The translations under genes were made by a program, and so were the position numbers. From assembly GCF_006345805.1 (NCBI RefSeq), contig NC_042998.1, forward strand, positions 198,152,001 to 198,216,000: a stretch of 64,000 nucleotides of DNA, written 5' to 3'. Shown here one piece after another: positions 36,506-49,337 of this stretch; position 1 is the first letter of the stretch; the number at the start of each line of letters is the position of its first letter. The DNA is from Octopus sinensis (taxonomy: Eukaryota). The notes beneath the pieces are model-generated. The model was not told the origin of the DNA. It saw nothing but the letters and a program-made list of their open reading frames with translations, and searched no databases.

Positions 36506-37648
36506 GCCTCCTACACACATATATACATACAAACAAACAAACAAGAAAAGTTTAGTTTTCTGCTGTTTAATTTAATGTGTCAATGTAGCCAGGCATTGAC
36601 TGCTCAGAACAAATAGCTTTTGCACAATGGTTACTAGATTTGACTGGTTTGAATGCTAAAATAGTTAAATGCTAAAGAAAAAGGGTTACACGAAACATGT
36701 TGCATACAATTCCATATTAAAACTATAGAAAAGATAAATTTTACTTAAATTTAACAATTTTAAATCTCTCTCTATTGGAAAAAAAGGACAATAGAAGCAT
36801 TTAAACATTTCAAAAGTATAGTAATGGACACAGATAAGTGGTAAAATAAACCAGTGTGTGTGTTGGAGACGGTGGGTAGATGTATAGTGTTTCTTTGAAG
36901 CACAATGTGCATGCATGTATGTGTGTGTAAGTGCATGTATGTGTATATGTATGCAGCTGTGTGTCTGAGAGATTGTGGTGTGTGTATATGTGTGTATGCA
37001 TGTGTGAGAGTGTATATGTGTACGTGTGGGTGTTATAAATCATTGTTAATAATCCTGTTGCAGATTAATGCTCTTCCGTATTGGGAATCTGTTGGGACAA
37101 AAAACAAATTGGACAAACACAAAGAAACGAGTGAAAGCCGTTGTTATGTTTTGAATATTAAAAGGAAATAAATGATGTAATTATTGTCAGATTAAGCAAA
37201 CACAGAAATATCTAACAGTATTTGGAGCCATGTTGACAGGAGATACACAATTAGAGTGAATAAACAAGAGACGTATTACTTCAAATTGTTTCATTGTGCC
37301 AGAAACGTGGCTTGCTGGAACCACCATTATAATGGTTTTATAGCTGTTAACTCTGTAGGGGAGGGGGACAAACGTTGTTGTCATCATCATCATCATCATT
37401 TTTTTAATCATTCTTTTACCATTTTTTTTTGTTTCGGTCATTGAACTTGGGCCCTGTCTTGAAGGGTTTAGTTGGACAAATTAAACCCAGTATTTATTTT
37501 TAGAGTCTAATACTTACACTGTTTGTCTATTCTGCTGGACTGCAAAGATTCAAAGATACAAGCAAATGAACACCAGCTGTCAAGCGGTGGCAGGTGGGGA
37601 GTGGACAAACAGAGACACACAGACACACAAAGCGCTTCTACAGTTTCA

Positions 37649-37985
37649 TCATCATCATCATCATCATCAGTTTAATGTCCGTTTTCCATGCTAGCATGGG
37701 TTGGATGGTTCGACCGGTCTCTGGGAAACCATGGAGGCTGCACCAGGCTCCAGTCTGATCTGGCACTGTTTCTACAGTTGGATGCCCTTCCTAGCACCAA
37801 CCACTCCGTGAGTGTAATGGGTGATTTTTGCGTGCCACTGGCACAGATGCCAGGCAAGGCTAGCAATGGTCACGATCGGTTGGTGCTTTTTACGTGCCAC
37901 CGCCACAGAAGCCAGTCAAGGCAGCGCTGGCATCGTCCACATTCGGATGGTGCTTTTTACGTGCCACTGGCACAGGTATCACAAC
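37649..37985 (-). mobile_element. Family C copy
   Basis: (CAT)n, conserved body and modules. Confidence 0.85.
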
Positions 37986-38299
37986 AACAATTTCCATTTG
38001 ATTTTTTGATGTTGATGTACTTGACTCAATAGGTCTCCTCAAGCACAGGGTAGGTCTCCTTCACTTCCAAGGCATTGGTTGGCCCAGGACGATAGTAAAA
38101 GACACTTGCCTAAGGTGTCATGCAGTGAGACTGATTCCAAAACCACATGGTTGCAAAGTAGCCTTCTTTATCCCACAACCATTATCATTACAAAACTCTG
38201 GGCATATTGGTCATTCATGGCTAAAATGCCATTTATTATAGGTCTACTTCATTAAAACTGATCTAGAACTAAATGCAAGCAACAATATATATATATATA

Positions 38300-38472
38300 T
38301 ATGAGGGGGTACCCAAAAGTAAATGGAAATGTTCTCTGTGAGACAAGCTCATAGTAGTTCAGCATTGCTTCAACTAGGGAATACTTTGAAGAGGATAAAA
38401 ATATAAACGTGTAAAGCTAAGTGAATAAAATAATATTGCAAAATTCCAGTTTCTTTCAGGTACCCCCTTGTA
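38300..38472. mobile_element. Mariner-derived MITE (internal deletion derivative)
   Basis: TATGAGGGGGTACCCAAAAGTAAATGGAA vs TTCCAGTTTCTTTCAGGTACCCCCTTGTA (imperfect 29-bp TIR with TA ends). The interior GGGAATACTTTGAAGAGGAT encodes EYFEED, resembling a mariner C-terminus. Confidence 0.7.
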
Positions 38473-38482
38473 TGTACGTATG

Positions 38483-38523
<41 letters not shown>

Positions 38524-39480
38524 TATATATATGCATATATATATATATATATGCATACACATTAAGAAGCTCAACTTTTAGCCTTTAATGCTGAAAGGAC
38601 TTTTAAATCACCCTGTGTTGCATGTGTGTGTGTATGTGTGAGAAAGCAAAAATACAATTGACGAGAGTGCTTTTTGACAGAAATACATTAAAACATGACA
38701 CTATCAAAGAAGCAGAAATAGCATGTCTATAAAAAAAGAAACTTCTACCAAGAATTTACAGCCAAAAGTAAAGAACAACAATAAAGGCATGAGAGTAACA
38801 TTTAGAAACCTATTTGAATGGTAACACAGAACTAAGATTGTAACACTAAACAGATTCATTAATTATGTAATACAACAGAGATAAATGCATCTTTTAAAAT
38901 ATGACATTGATGAGGTCGCAGTTAGCAATTTAAGGACTTTGACAAACAAACAACCAATTCATTGTTTAACTAACACATTAAACAAATTGATCAACTAATT
39001 AGTTGGTTAGACATTTAACCAACTGACTAACAAAGAAGTGATACTGAACCAGTGCATGTGTTTGTTATCATTGGCATAATGACCCACCCAAGACACAAGT
39101 TTACACAGAGCTTCAGTCCAACAACCAAATAATGTAAAATATTGGTACGGCAGCAATGGAAATATAGGTGTGGCCTGGATGAGGAATGCCTTGGAAAGTG
39201 AGGAATAAAGTTTGCATGGTGTTTTTTGTTTTTACTGGTATATAAATTTCAAAGGGAGACGAAACAAAGTTGACCTAGGTGTAAAGGTATGTGATCATTA
39301 ACCAGATGCTACAAGTTAGAGTACCCTACTGATTTTGTCAACCATATGAAAAGATATTCACTTGGGAAGTTTCCAGAACCCCATAGGAATTATATCCTGT
39401 GCCCTCTACCAGCGGTGAAGGAATATAGTAACAGGTAAAGATTCATTCAGTCATCAAGGACAATGAGATTGCACCTAGAA

Positions 39481-39715
39481 TAAGGCTGCGAGCTGGCAGA
39501 AACGTTAGCACGCCGGGCGAAATGCTGAGTGGTATTTCATCTGCCGCTACGTTCTGAGTTCAAATTCCACCAAGGTCGACTTTGCCCTCATCCTTTCGGG
39601 GTCAGTTAAATAAGTACCAATTACACACTGGGTCGATATAATCGACTTAATCTGTTTGTCTGTTCTTGTTTATCCTCTCTGTGTTTAGCCCCTTGTGGGT
39701 AGTAAAGAAATAAGT
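39481..39715 (+). mobile_element. SINE-B monomer with 13-bp TSD, inserted at the 3' end of a minus-strand SINE-D-like element
   Basis: ATTGCACCTAGAA occurs at 39468-39480 and 39716-39728. Confidence 0.88.
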
Positions 39716-40022
39716 ATTGCACCTAGAAAGTTCCCCTCCAAAGCACAAGTCTGGGCAAGGTTGTTTATGGAAGACCAGCAGTCGCCCATGCATACCAGCC
39801 TCCCTTCTCGATGCCACTGATGTTACCCAAGGGAAAGGCAAAGGGGCCGATAAAGCTTGGCACCAGTGACGTCGCAACTCATTTTGTAAAGCTGAGTGAA
39901 CTGAAGCAACATGAAAAAAAAAGTGTTTTATTCAATAACACAACACACAGCCTGATCTGGGAATTGAACTCACTACGTCATGATTGTGAGCCTGATGCCC
40001 TAACCATTGAGCCATGTGCCCT
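39716..40022 (-). mobile_element. SINE-D-like element
   Basis: Minus-strand tRNA-like head GGCTCAATGGTTAGGGC...GAGTTCAATTCCC. The body shares TTGGCACCAGTGA and GGGAAAGGCAAA with 21704-21760. Confidence 0.7.
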
Positions 40023-40132
40023 TAGTAAAGGAATAGATATATTTAAAAATCTCAAATTTGTTCGATATTATCACATTGTGATCGCATACTTTGAGTATTT
40101 GAATTGTGCTTGTGCTCCACTCAGGCATATAC

Positions 40133-40250
40133 TCCTTACTCTTTTACTTGTTTCAGTCATTTGACTGCGGCCATGCTGGAGCACCGCCTTTAGTCGAGCA
40201 AATCGACCCCGGGACTTATTCTTTTGTAAGCCCAGTACTTATTCTATCAG
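40133..40250 (-). mobile_element. SINE-A 3' fragment
   Basis: Tail and GTCGA hairpin region only. Confidence 0.8.
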
Positions 40251-40336
40251 TCAAATTGATGTCTGATATTGTTAAACAAGTATTTGCAAGGGGAACTTCA
40301 CATCTGACATAGACAGTAACACCAAAAGAAGAACAT

Positions 40337-40560
40337 CATCATCATCATCATCATCGACATCATCGTTTAACGTCCACTTTCCATGTTGGCATGGGTTGGA
40401 CGATTTTGACTGAGGACTGGCGAACCAGGTGGCTGCACCAGACTCCAATCTTGATCTGGCAGAGTTTCTACAGCTGGATGACCTTCCTAATGCCAACCAC
40501 TCCAAGAGCGTAGTGGGTGCTTTTACGTGCCACAGGCACAAGGGCCAGTCAGGCAGTACT
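40337..40560 (-). mobile_element. Family C copy
   Basis: Conserved body. Confidence 0.85.
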
Positions 40561-40571
40561 ATTAAAATACT

Positions 40572-40805
40572 AAGGCGGCGAGCTGGCAGAGTCGTTAGCA
40601 CGCCGGGTGAAATGCTTAGCGGTATTTCGTCTGTCGAAACGTTGTGAGTTCAAATTCCGCCGAGGTCGACTTTGCCTTTCATCCTTTCGGGATCGATAAA
40701 TTTAGTACCAGTTACGCACTGGGGTCGATGTAATCAACTTAATACCTATGTCTGTCCTTGTTTGTCCCCTCTATGTTTAGCCCCTTGTGGGTAATAAAGA
40801 AATAG
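40572..40805 (+). mobile_element. SINE-B monomer with TSD of about 13 bp
   Basis: GTACTATTAAAAT occurs at 40556-40568 and 40806-40818. Confidence 0.88.
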
Positions 40806-41142
40806 GTACTATTAAAATTTAAGATTTACATCCTTCCCTTCCCTAGCATGCATCCTTTTCTGTCTGGCATGTGACACATGGTGCAAAGATCAGGTTAAAC
40901 AGTTAGGGGAGAGTGGGGCAAGGTCTGTAAAAACTTGCAATAAATCTTTTGGGAAGGCTGTTTAGAAACAACACAGCTTTATCCTCAAAGAAGTTACATT
41001 TTTCCTCTTTATTCCAAACAGGAGAAGGTCCATCATATATATTTATAGGAAGAATTCATGAAAAAAACACAAGACGAAGACAGGTGGTATAGAAAATAAA
41101 TAGATGTATTAGTATAACACTCAATATATATATATATATGTA

Positions 41143-41315
41143 TAGGCACAGGAGTGGCTGTGTGGTAAGTAGCTTGTTTACCAACCACATGGTTCCGGGT
41201 TCAGTCCCACTGCGTAGCATCTTGGGCAAGTGTCTTCTGCTATAGCCTCGGGCCGACCAAAGCCTTGTGAGTGGATTTGGTAGACGGAAACTGAAAGAAG
41301 CCTGTCGTATATATG

Positions 41316-41346
<31 letters not shown>

Positions 41347-41570
41347 ATATGTTTGTGTGACTGTGTTTGTCCCCCTAGCATTGCTTGACAACCGATGCTG
41401 GTGTGTTTACGTCCCCGTCACTTAGCGGTTCGGCAAAAAGAGACCGATAGAATAAGTACTGGGCTTACAAAAGAATAAGTCCCGGGGTCGAGTTGCTCGA
41501 ATAAAGGCGGTGCTCCAGCATGGCCACAGTCAAAATGACTGAAACAAGTAAAAGAGAGTAAAAAGAGTAT
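41143..41570 (+). mobile_element. SINE-A, full length
   Basis: Matches the A copies. Confidence 0.9.
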
Positions 41571-41625
41571 ATATATATATATATATATATATACATACAC
41601 ACACACACACACACACATACATACA

Positions 41626-41788
41626 TACGAATGAGAAAAAGAAGAAAATGGAGAAACTGACATGTAGACATCAGTTTATTTAAAGATATTCAAATGCACT
41701 GGAATTTCATTATATGGATTTTGAATATCTTTAAATAAACTGATGTCTACATGTCAGTTTCTCCATTTTCTTCTTTTTCTCATTCGTA
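41626..41788. repeat. Perfect inverted repeat: 69-bp arms, 25-nt loop
   Basis: 41626-41694 is the exact reverse complement of 41720-41788 (checked base by base). Confidence 0.95.
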
Positions 41789-41801
41789 AATATTTTAAAT
41801 A

Positions 41802-41836
<35 letters not shown>

Positions 41837-42104
41837 TATATGTATATCAATGCAAAATTAATATATTTAGTCTTTACTGAACACTGGTATAAACTGGAGA
41901 ACTAAGATGCTAGCATCCCTTAAAGGGTTATAGGACCTTGATACAATTATATACATATATACATATATACACATATACATCTATATCTATATACACACAC
42001 ACACACATATATGTATATATATATATATATACACAAATATATATACATATATATATATATACACACATATATATATACATACACACACACACATATATAT
42101 ATAT

Positions 42105-42295
42105 AGGGAGAGAGTTCACAAAAAAACAAAAGACGAAGACAGGTAATGTACAAAACAAACAGATGTATTAGTATAACGCTCAGGAATAGAAAAAGTCTTT
42201 TTTGTTTCAAGCCTATGCTCTTCTACAGAAAGGGACAGAAAAAAACAAGGAGAGAAACAAGGAGAGAAAAAAAATGTATGTAGTGGCTACCGATA
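42105..42295 (-). mobile_element. Penelope-like element terminal fragment with a degenerate hammerhead motif
   Basis: Homologous to 60695-60860 and 41045-41125. Minus strand reads CTTT-CTGTAGA-A-GAGCATAGGCTT-GAAAC; lies next to (TA)n. Confidence 0.5.
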
Positions 42296-42319
42296 CATAT
42301 ATACATATATACATATACA

Positions 42320-42865
42320 TCATCATCCTCATCGTTTAACGTCCACTTTCCATGCTAGCATAGGTTGGACAATTTGACTAAGGGCTGACGAACCAAATGG
42401 CTGCATCAGGCTCCAGTCTTGATCTGGCAGAGTCTCTACAGCTGGATGCCCTTCCTAACGCTAACCACTCTGAGAGTGTAGAGGGTGCTTTTTACATGCC
42501 ACCGGCACGGGGGCCAGTAAGGCGATGTTGGTAACGATCACCCTCAAATGGTGCCTATTACATGCCACCGGCACAGAAGCCAGATAGCCGCTCTGGCAAC
42601 GATCACACTCGTATGGTGCTCTTTGCACCCTGCTAGCACGGACGCCAGTCATCGAATTTGATTTTGATTTTAATTTTGATTTCACTTGCCTCAACAGGTC
42701 TTCACAAGCTGAGTTTAGTGTCCGAGAAGGAAAGGTACGCATAAGTGGGCTGGTTACACCCCTGGCATAGGCCACGAGGTTATGGTCTCATTTGGCTTGC
42801 CGGGTCTTCTCAAGCAGAGCATATTTCCAAAAGTCTCAGTGACAAGTCATTTCCTTGGTGAGGCC
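42320..42865 (-). mobile_element. Long family C copy reaching the RTE ORF end
   Basis: 42770-42865 is homologous to the reverse complement of 3135-3230. Confidence 0.8.
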
Positions 42866-43120
42866 TATATACATATCATACATATCATACATAGATATGT
42901 ACATACATATATGTATGTATGTATCTGTTGAGATCTACCTCTCAGTTTTTAACTACTAAATCAGTTTTCACTCCCAAATCTTCAGTCAAACTAAGGCTAT
43001 GGCAAGAAGGTTTTTGCTCAAAGAGTGGCATAGTAAGAGTGAATCAGAAATCATGAGATTCCAATGAGAACGTTTCAAACATATGCCATGTTGGCATTCA
43101 ATATTTTGTAACAAGACCGT

Positions 43121-43160
<40 letters not shown>

Positions 43161-43947
43161 ATGTTTGTGTATGTATTAAAGAATACGCATATAGTGTAAA
43201 TGGGTTGAAAGTATCTTCATAACACACACACACACAAATGAATATTATTTTACATAACTCATGTTTACTTTTGTTGGCCGTCATTAAGCTGTTCAGATTT
43301 AGAAAATCTACTACAACAACAACAACAACAACAACAACAACAGCAGCAGTAACAAGGCAGAGAGGTTCAAAGACTCCAGCATTAGATAACTTGAAAGCTG
43401 AGAATCAAACAGTGTCACTAAGTGCACGGTTTCTTGTAAACTTGGTGTAACCTAACAAGAAAATCTCAGAATTAAAATCACTATCTGTGAACCAAGTAAA
43501 TAGTGAAACGAATACTAAAATATCCAGCCAAATAAATCAATAAAACTTAAGCTTCAGAACAGTTTTTTTTTTTTTTTTTTGACTATGAGATATTTTATTG
43601 GAATAAATAAATTAGTTGAGATAATCATAGCAAAATATACACCCAAGTTATCGACAGTGATAAATTCAGGGAACAGAAGGCAACGACATTAATTAATTGA
43701 ATAATACGGTAGCAAAATCAATGCATATCTCACACTCTATAATAAAGCCTGCAGAATTATAACTGAGATCCAATAATTGAAAAATAATTTATTCAGATGG
43801 AATTTGACACACATTTTTTTTGTTTTTTGTCTTTTTTTTATTATTTCCCTTTGTGGAATTTTTCGTTTTCTTTTAAAACATGTCAATGTAAAGAGCAAAA
43901 AATAGAATGTTAGATTGTTGTATTGTTTGTTTTCCTATGGAAGCATA

Positions 43948-44072
43948 AGCTAGATGGGTCTTCCATACAACACATGCTAGATTTGGCTCGACAAGTCTTC
44001 CATACAATATATACAAACTTGGGTTAGATGGGCTTCCATACTATACATACAAGCTTGGGTTAGATGGGGCTT
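43948..44072. repeat. Short minisatellite of about 33 bp (GGGTTAGATGGGCTTCCATAC core), about 4 degenerate copies
   Basis: CTTCCATAC recurs four times. Confidence 0.6.
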
Positions 44073-44224
44073 CCATACAAGACAACACCAATCAAGTTGA
44101 TCTTCAGTCATCTTTTCTGTGAGGCTGAGTATTCTATAATCTCATCTCACTATCTCTTCCTATACCTTTCCTTTCTTGGACTTTCTCTATCAACAGCACC
44201 CACTATCATCCTTCACACACAATC

Positions 44225-44790
44225 CTATTTCTTTACTACCCACAAGGGGCCAAACATAGAGAGGACTAACAAGAACAGACAAACGGATTAAGTCGATTAC
44301 ATCCACCCCAGTGCATAACTGGTACTTATTTAATCGACCCCGAAAGGATGATAGACAAAGTCGACTTCGGTGGAATTTGAACTCAGAACGTAGCGGCAGA
44401 CGAAACACTTATTTCTTTACTACCCACAAGGGGCTAAATACAGAGAGCACAAACAAGGACAGACAAATGGATTAAGTCGATTACATCGACCCTAGTACTC
44501 AACTGGTACTTAATTTATCGACCCCGAAAGGATGAAAGGCAAAGTCGACCTCGGCAGAATTTGAACTCAGAACGTAGCGGCAGACAAAATACCTATTTCT
44601 TTACTACCCACAAGGGGCTAAACACAGAGTAGACAAACAAGGACAGACAAATGGATTAAGTCGATTAGATCGACCCCAGTGCATCACTGGTACTTATTTA
44701 ATCGACCCCAAAATGATAAATGGCAAAGTCGACCTCGGCAGAATTTGAACTCAGAACATAGCGGCAAATTAAATCCCACTAGGCATTTCG
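44225..44790 (-). mobile_element. SINE-B trimer, head truncated
   Basis: Three units beginning TATTTCTTTACTACCCACAAGGGGC; the junctions correspond to those of the plus-strand arrays. Confidence 0.88.
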
Positions 44791-45019
44791 CCCGGCTTAC
44801 ATCACAAGTCCATACCTGCCAGTCACCAACATAATTCAACTGATACCTTTAACACTCATCACTCTCTCACCTCACTCCTACTCCACCTTTCATTTGAGCT
44901 AACTTCACACAGCCAACAGATTGTGCTCACTTCTATTTTATCCCATCCTCCACAGATTCCATACATTCACTACCTATGTTTCACTACCATGTGGTACCAC
45001 ACATACACACACACACACA

Positions 45020-45295
45020 CACACCTAGTGGCTAGAGCGTTGCATTCATGATTACAAGATCGTGGTTTCAATTCCTAGACCAGGTGGTGCGCCGTGTTCT
45101 TGAGCAAAATACTTTGTTTCGTGTTGCTCTACGATGACTTCAACACCTGACATGCGTGGTACACCGTGCCCCTGTCCAGGCAACATCGATTTGATGGAGG
45201 GCGTGAGCTAATGTGCAGCACGAACATTTGATCACTATTATAAACAAATCATTTGTGTAGGTCACATTCGGCACAAAAGCTGAACACTCCTACAT
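45020..45295 (+). mobile_element. tRNA-headed SINE of another family
   Basis: TAGTGGCTAGAGCG...GGTTTCAATTCC head followed by TTCTTGAGCAAAATACTTT. Confidence 0.55.
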
Positions 45296-45464
45296 CGTCT
45301 TCAATGGGAGAGTCCATCATTACAAGAGTTCTTTTCAAAGATGAGGCAAATGCAGTTTAAGGGAGATTTGACAGCTGTTTCTAGGTCAAGCGACCATATG
45401 AAGGCTCCCTTGTTAGCACATCCAGAAAACCTGCCACGTGTGTGTGTGTGTGTGTGAGTCCACT

Positions 45465-45660
45465 CTTTCATTCTTTTATTTGTTTCAGTCATTTGACTGC
45501 AGCCATGCTAGAGCACCACCTTTAGTCGAACAAACCAACCCTAGTACTTATTCTATCAGTCCCTTTTGCTAAACTGCTAATTTATGGGGATGTAAACACA
45601 CCAACATCGGTTGTTAAGTGATGATGGGGAGACAAACACAAACAAACAAACACACACACA
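45465..45660 (-). mobile_element. Diverged SINE-A 3' half (the matching 5' half is at about 45893-46005)
   Basis: Reverse match. A Penelope-like fragment lies between the two halves, in the microsatellite. Confidence 0.75.
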
Positions 45661-45679
45661 TATATATATATATATATAA

Positions 45680-45890
45680 AGTTAGTCCAAACATGAAAAC
45701 ACAAAGAGAAAACACAACAACACGGGGACTGGGAACAAGTATAGCGTTATTGGACGCTCAGGAAAGAAAAGAAAGAAGGAGGATTTAACGTTTCGAGCGG
45801 AGTTCTTCATCAGAAACATAGGAAAAGGAAAGATCCAAAGAAGGGAAGACGGAAGAAAAAATTTGCCAACGATACACACGCGGTGACAGA
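45680..45890 (-). mobile_element. Penelope-like terminal fragment
   Basis: Carries the best hammerhead-like motif in the window and follows a (TA)n tract. Confidence 0.55.
45783..45817 (-). ncRNA. Minimal type I hammerhead ribozyme-like motif
   Basis: Minus strand: GTTT-CTGATGA-A-GAACTCCGCTC-GAAAC-GTT-AAAT. The CUGAUGA and GAAA cores are intact, helix III is a palindromic ACGT, and helix II has one mismatch. Confidence 0.55.
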
Positions 45891-46654
45891 CTACTTTCAG
45901 TTTCTGAGGCTATAGAAGAAGACACTTGCCCAAGGTGCCACGCAGTGGGACTGAAGCCAGAACCATTTGGTTGGTAAGCAAGCTATTTACCACACAGCCA
46001 CTCAGTTTTTTGCTTGATACAACATTAGTAATGCTGTCAAAAATCCAACATAACCACTTGACAAATACAAACAGATAAAGTAAAACCAAAACTGAAAAAC
46101 AAATGCTAGGGTACTTGGATGATATCAACACAAACACTTAGGGGTAGTTCCCCAGTCCAATGATTGCAGTCCGATGATAACGATTGGTGAAAGAATAAAA
46201 GGAAAGCATTAGAAATGTCAAGTCACCAAATTCTTGCGGTACTTGTGGTGCTACACTTCCTGGCAACAATGTCTGCTAATTGATAGCGATCCTTCCTTTA
46301 TAACAACATTTAAACATTGTAAAGTAAAAAAAAACAAAAAAAAAAACAGGTTAATTCTTTTTCTCTTTCCTCTTCCACCACCACCACCACCACTACCACC
46401 ATCATCATCATCATTATTATAGTCAGCGCCGCCACCGCTTGAAGAATATTAAGGAAGCCAACGCAAGTGAGAGGTGTCAACTATTTCAGCCAGCCAATAA
46501 GATGACATCTGAATTTTATGTATTTTATGTATTTATTTCTGTTATTATTATTATTGTAATTTTTTTTTATTTTGTTGCTTGTATAATTATTGTTGTTGCT
46601 TTTTGTCAGCCTTAGACAGAACAAAATGACTACACACAACCAAACCCATACACA

Positions 46655-46820
46655 TACACACACAATCAAGCATACACATTCATTCCCACGTGTGCATCCA
46701 TACACAGCGATCCACACACGTCATCCATACACACACACACACACAATCAAGCATACATTCCTTCCCACGTGTGCATCCATACACAGCGATCCACACACGT
46801 CATCCATATACACATGCACA
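46655..46820. repeat. Direct duplication of about 80 bp in CA-rich sequence
   Basis: CACAATCAAGCATAC...TTCCCACGTGTGCATCCATACACAGCGATCCACACACGTCATCCATA occurs twice. Confidence 0.8.
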
Positions 46821-47124
46821 CACACACAATCATTCATTCACAACATCCATTCCTCTGAATTATGGAAGATTAAAAGATGCTGTTATCTTTGGGTTTTTTT
46901 TTTTTTGTCTTCTTTTGCAAAATTTCTAAACAATGAGTTTTGTAACAGGATAAAAAAAAAATAACAACAACTACAACATCAACATCAATTGTGGCAACAA
47001 CAACAATAATAATTACAATATTGTTCTAGTACAAAGTTAATCTCCTTCAAATAAACCAAGGTTTTCTTAATTCCTCTCTAAATCCCATTTTATTGTTACT
47101 TGCAGGCAAAAACCTTTCAGTTTA

Positions 47125-47212
47125 TTAAGTATCATCATCAGCATTATTATTATTATTATTATTATTATCATTATTATCATCATTATTATTATTATCATTA
47201 TTATTATCATCA

Positions 47213-47247
<35 letters not shown>

Positions 47248-47291
47248 CATTATTATCATCATTATTATTATTATCATTATTATTATCATCA

Positions 47292-47329
<38 letters not shown>

Positions 47330-47653
47330 CATTATTATTATTGATATTATTATCATCATCATCATCATCATCGTTATTATTATTATTATTATTATTGCTA
47401 TTGTTGTTGTTGTTGTTGGGGGAGGAGTAAGGCAAGGGAGAGAGAGAGAGAGAGAGGAGAGAGAGGGAGAAGGTTGAGAGAGTGCAGCACATTTTTGGAG
47501 CTTTTGTAACAGAGAAATAATTAAAGGTTGTTTTTGAAGTGAGATAGTAATAATAATAATAATGATAATAGTAGTAATAATAATAATAATGATAATAATA
47601 GTAATAATAATAATAATAATATAATAATAATAACGATGATAATAATAATAATG

Positions 47654-47684
<31 letters not shown>

Positions 47685-47722
47685 TAATAATAATAATGAT
47701 AATAATAATAATAATAATAATA

Positions 47723-47756
<34 letters not shown>

Positions 47757-47892
47757 GAGGAGGAGGAGGAGGAGGAGGCAGTAACAAAATGAAAGAAAGA
47801 CCAAGTATTGAAGAAAAAGAGGGAAAAAAAATACAGAAATGGGAAAGAAAGATGAAAGGCAAAAGAAGGACATTGAAAAGGGAGAAAGAATT

Positions 47893-47925
<33 letters not shown>

Positions 47926-48049
47926 AAGAGCGAGAGAGTAAGAAGGAAGAGGAAGGAAAAAGAGGGGAAAGTAAGAGAGAAAGAAAGAAAGAAAAAAAGA
48001 AAAACAAAAAACAAAGAAAAGAAACATCACAACTGCAATAAAGAGAGAA

Positions 48050-48080
<31 letters not shown>

Positions 48081-48305
48081 GCAGAGAGAGAGAGCAGAGA
48101 GAGAAGAGACAGAGAGAGGACAGAGAGAGAGAGGACAGAGAGAGAGACAGAGAGAGAGACAGAGAGAGGCAGAGAGAAAAAGAGACAGAGAGAGAGACAG
48201 AGAGAAAGAGAGACAGAGAGAGAGACAGAGACAGAGAGAGAAAGAGACACGGAGAGAGATTGAATGAGGGAAAAAGAGAGAGAGAGAGAGAGAGAGAGAT
48301 AGAAT
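47125..48305. repeat. Microsatellite complex: (ATT/ATC)n, (GA)n, (AAT)n, (GAG)n and long AG-rich tract
   Basis: Direct reading. Confidence 0.92.
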
Positions 48306-48924
48306 GGAAAACAGAGGGATGGAGGGCAGAGGAGAAAGTGAGAAATGAAAAGAAAAATGTTTCTTCCGCTAAAAATTTTAAGCTTCATTTCTGTGGAACC
48401 GTATGGTAAATATATATATATACATACATACATAAGCAGTGCCTAGTATAAGTATGGTGTTGTATGGTGTTGTATGGTAATGCAAACTAATGTGTGGTAT
48501 AGCATGTAGTAGTACACTCTATAGAACTATATAGTAATACAAGGCAATGTATGGTGGTGTATGATACACTGAAGAAATGAAATTGAAATATTGTTTCTGA
48601 AAGAAATTCTAAAGATATTTAATATAGGACAGTAGAAGTAAGCTAATGGCTTTCATTGTTTTCAATATTTTGTCTTAGAATGAACTGCAAAACATATTGT
48701 GTATGTATTATTACAGGAAAGTATGTTTCTGTGTGTACGATTATGCCTATATAAGTATGTGCGTGCAAACACTCAGATACACGTGTGTGTGTGTGTAGTT
48801 GTGTGAGTGTAAGATAAGAAATAAGTACATCAGTGGATGGCTATATATAAGTGCATATTTCTTTCATTCGTTAACTTTCCAATATTTATCGCGCTTTTAT
48901 ACGAGATTAATAATTAATGTTACT

Positions 48925-49337
48925 CTGACTCTTTTACTTGTTTCAGTCATTGGACTGTGGCCATGCTGGAGCACCGCCTTTAGTCGAGCAAATCGACCCC
49001 AGGACTTATTCTTTGTAGGCCTAGTACTTATTCTATTGGCTCCCTTTTGCCGAATCGCAAAGTTACGGGGACGTAAACACACCAGCATCGGTTGTCAAGC
49101 AATGCTAGGGGAACAAACACAGACACACAAGCATACACACACATACATACATATATATATATATATTATATATATATATATATATATACATATATATGAT
49201 GGGCTTCTTTCAGTTTCCGTCTACCAAATCCACTCATAAGGCTTTGGTCGGCCCGAGGCTATAGTAGAAGACACTTGCCCAAGGTGCCACGCAGTGGGAC
49301 TGAACCCGGAATTATATGGCTGGCAAGCAAGCTACTT
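48925..49337 (-). mobile_element. SINE-A, full length
   Basis: Reverse match to the A copies. Confidence 0.9.

Noticed and set aside
39306-39434. 129-nt frame-preserving candidate exon (CYKLEYPTDFVNHMKRYSLGKFPEPHRNYILCPLPAVKEYSN)
   Set aside because: Weak acceptor and no recognised homology; expected by chance in 64 kb.
43281-43331. LENLLQQQQQQQQQQQQ* after TTCAG
   Set aside because: A short (CAA)n microsatellite with a poor polypyrimidine tract; no other support.
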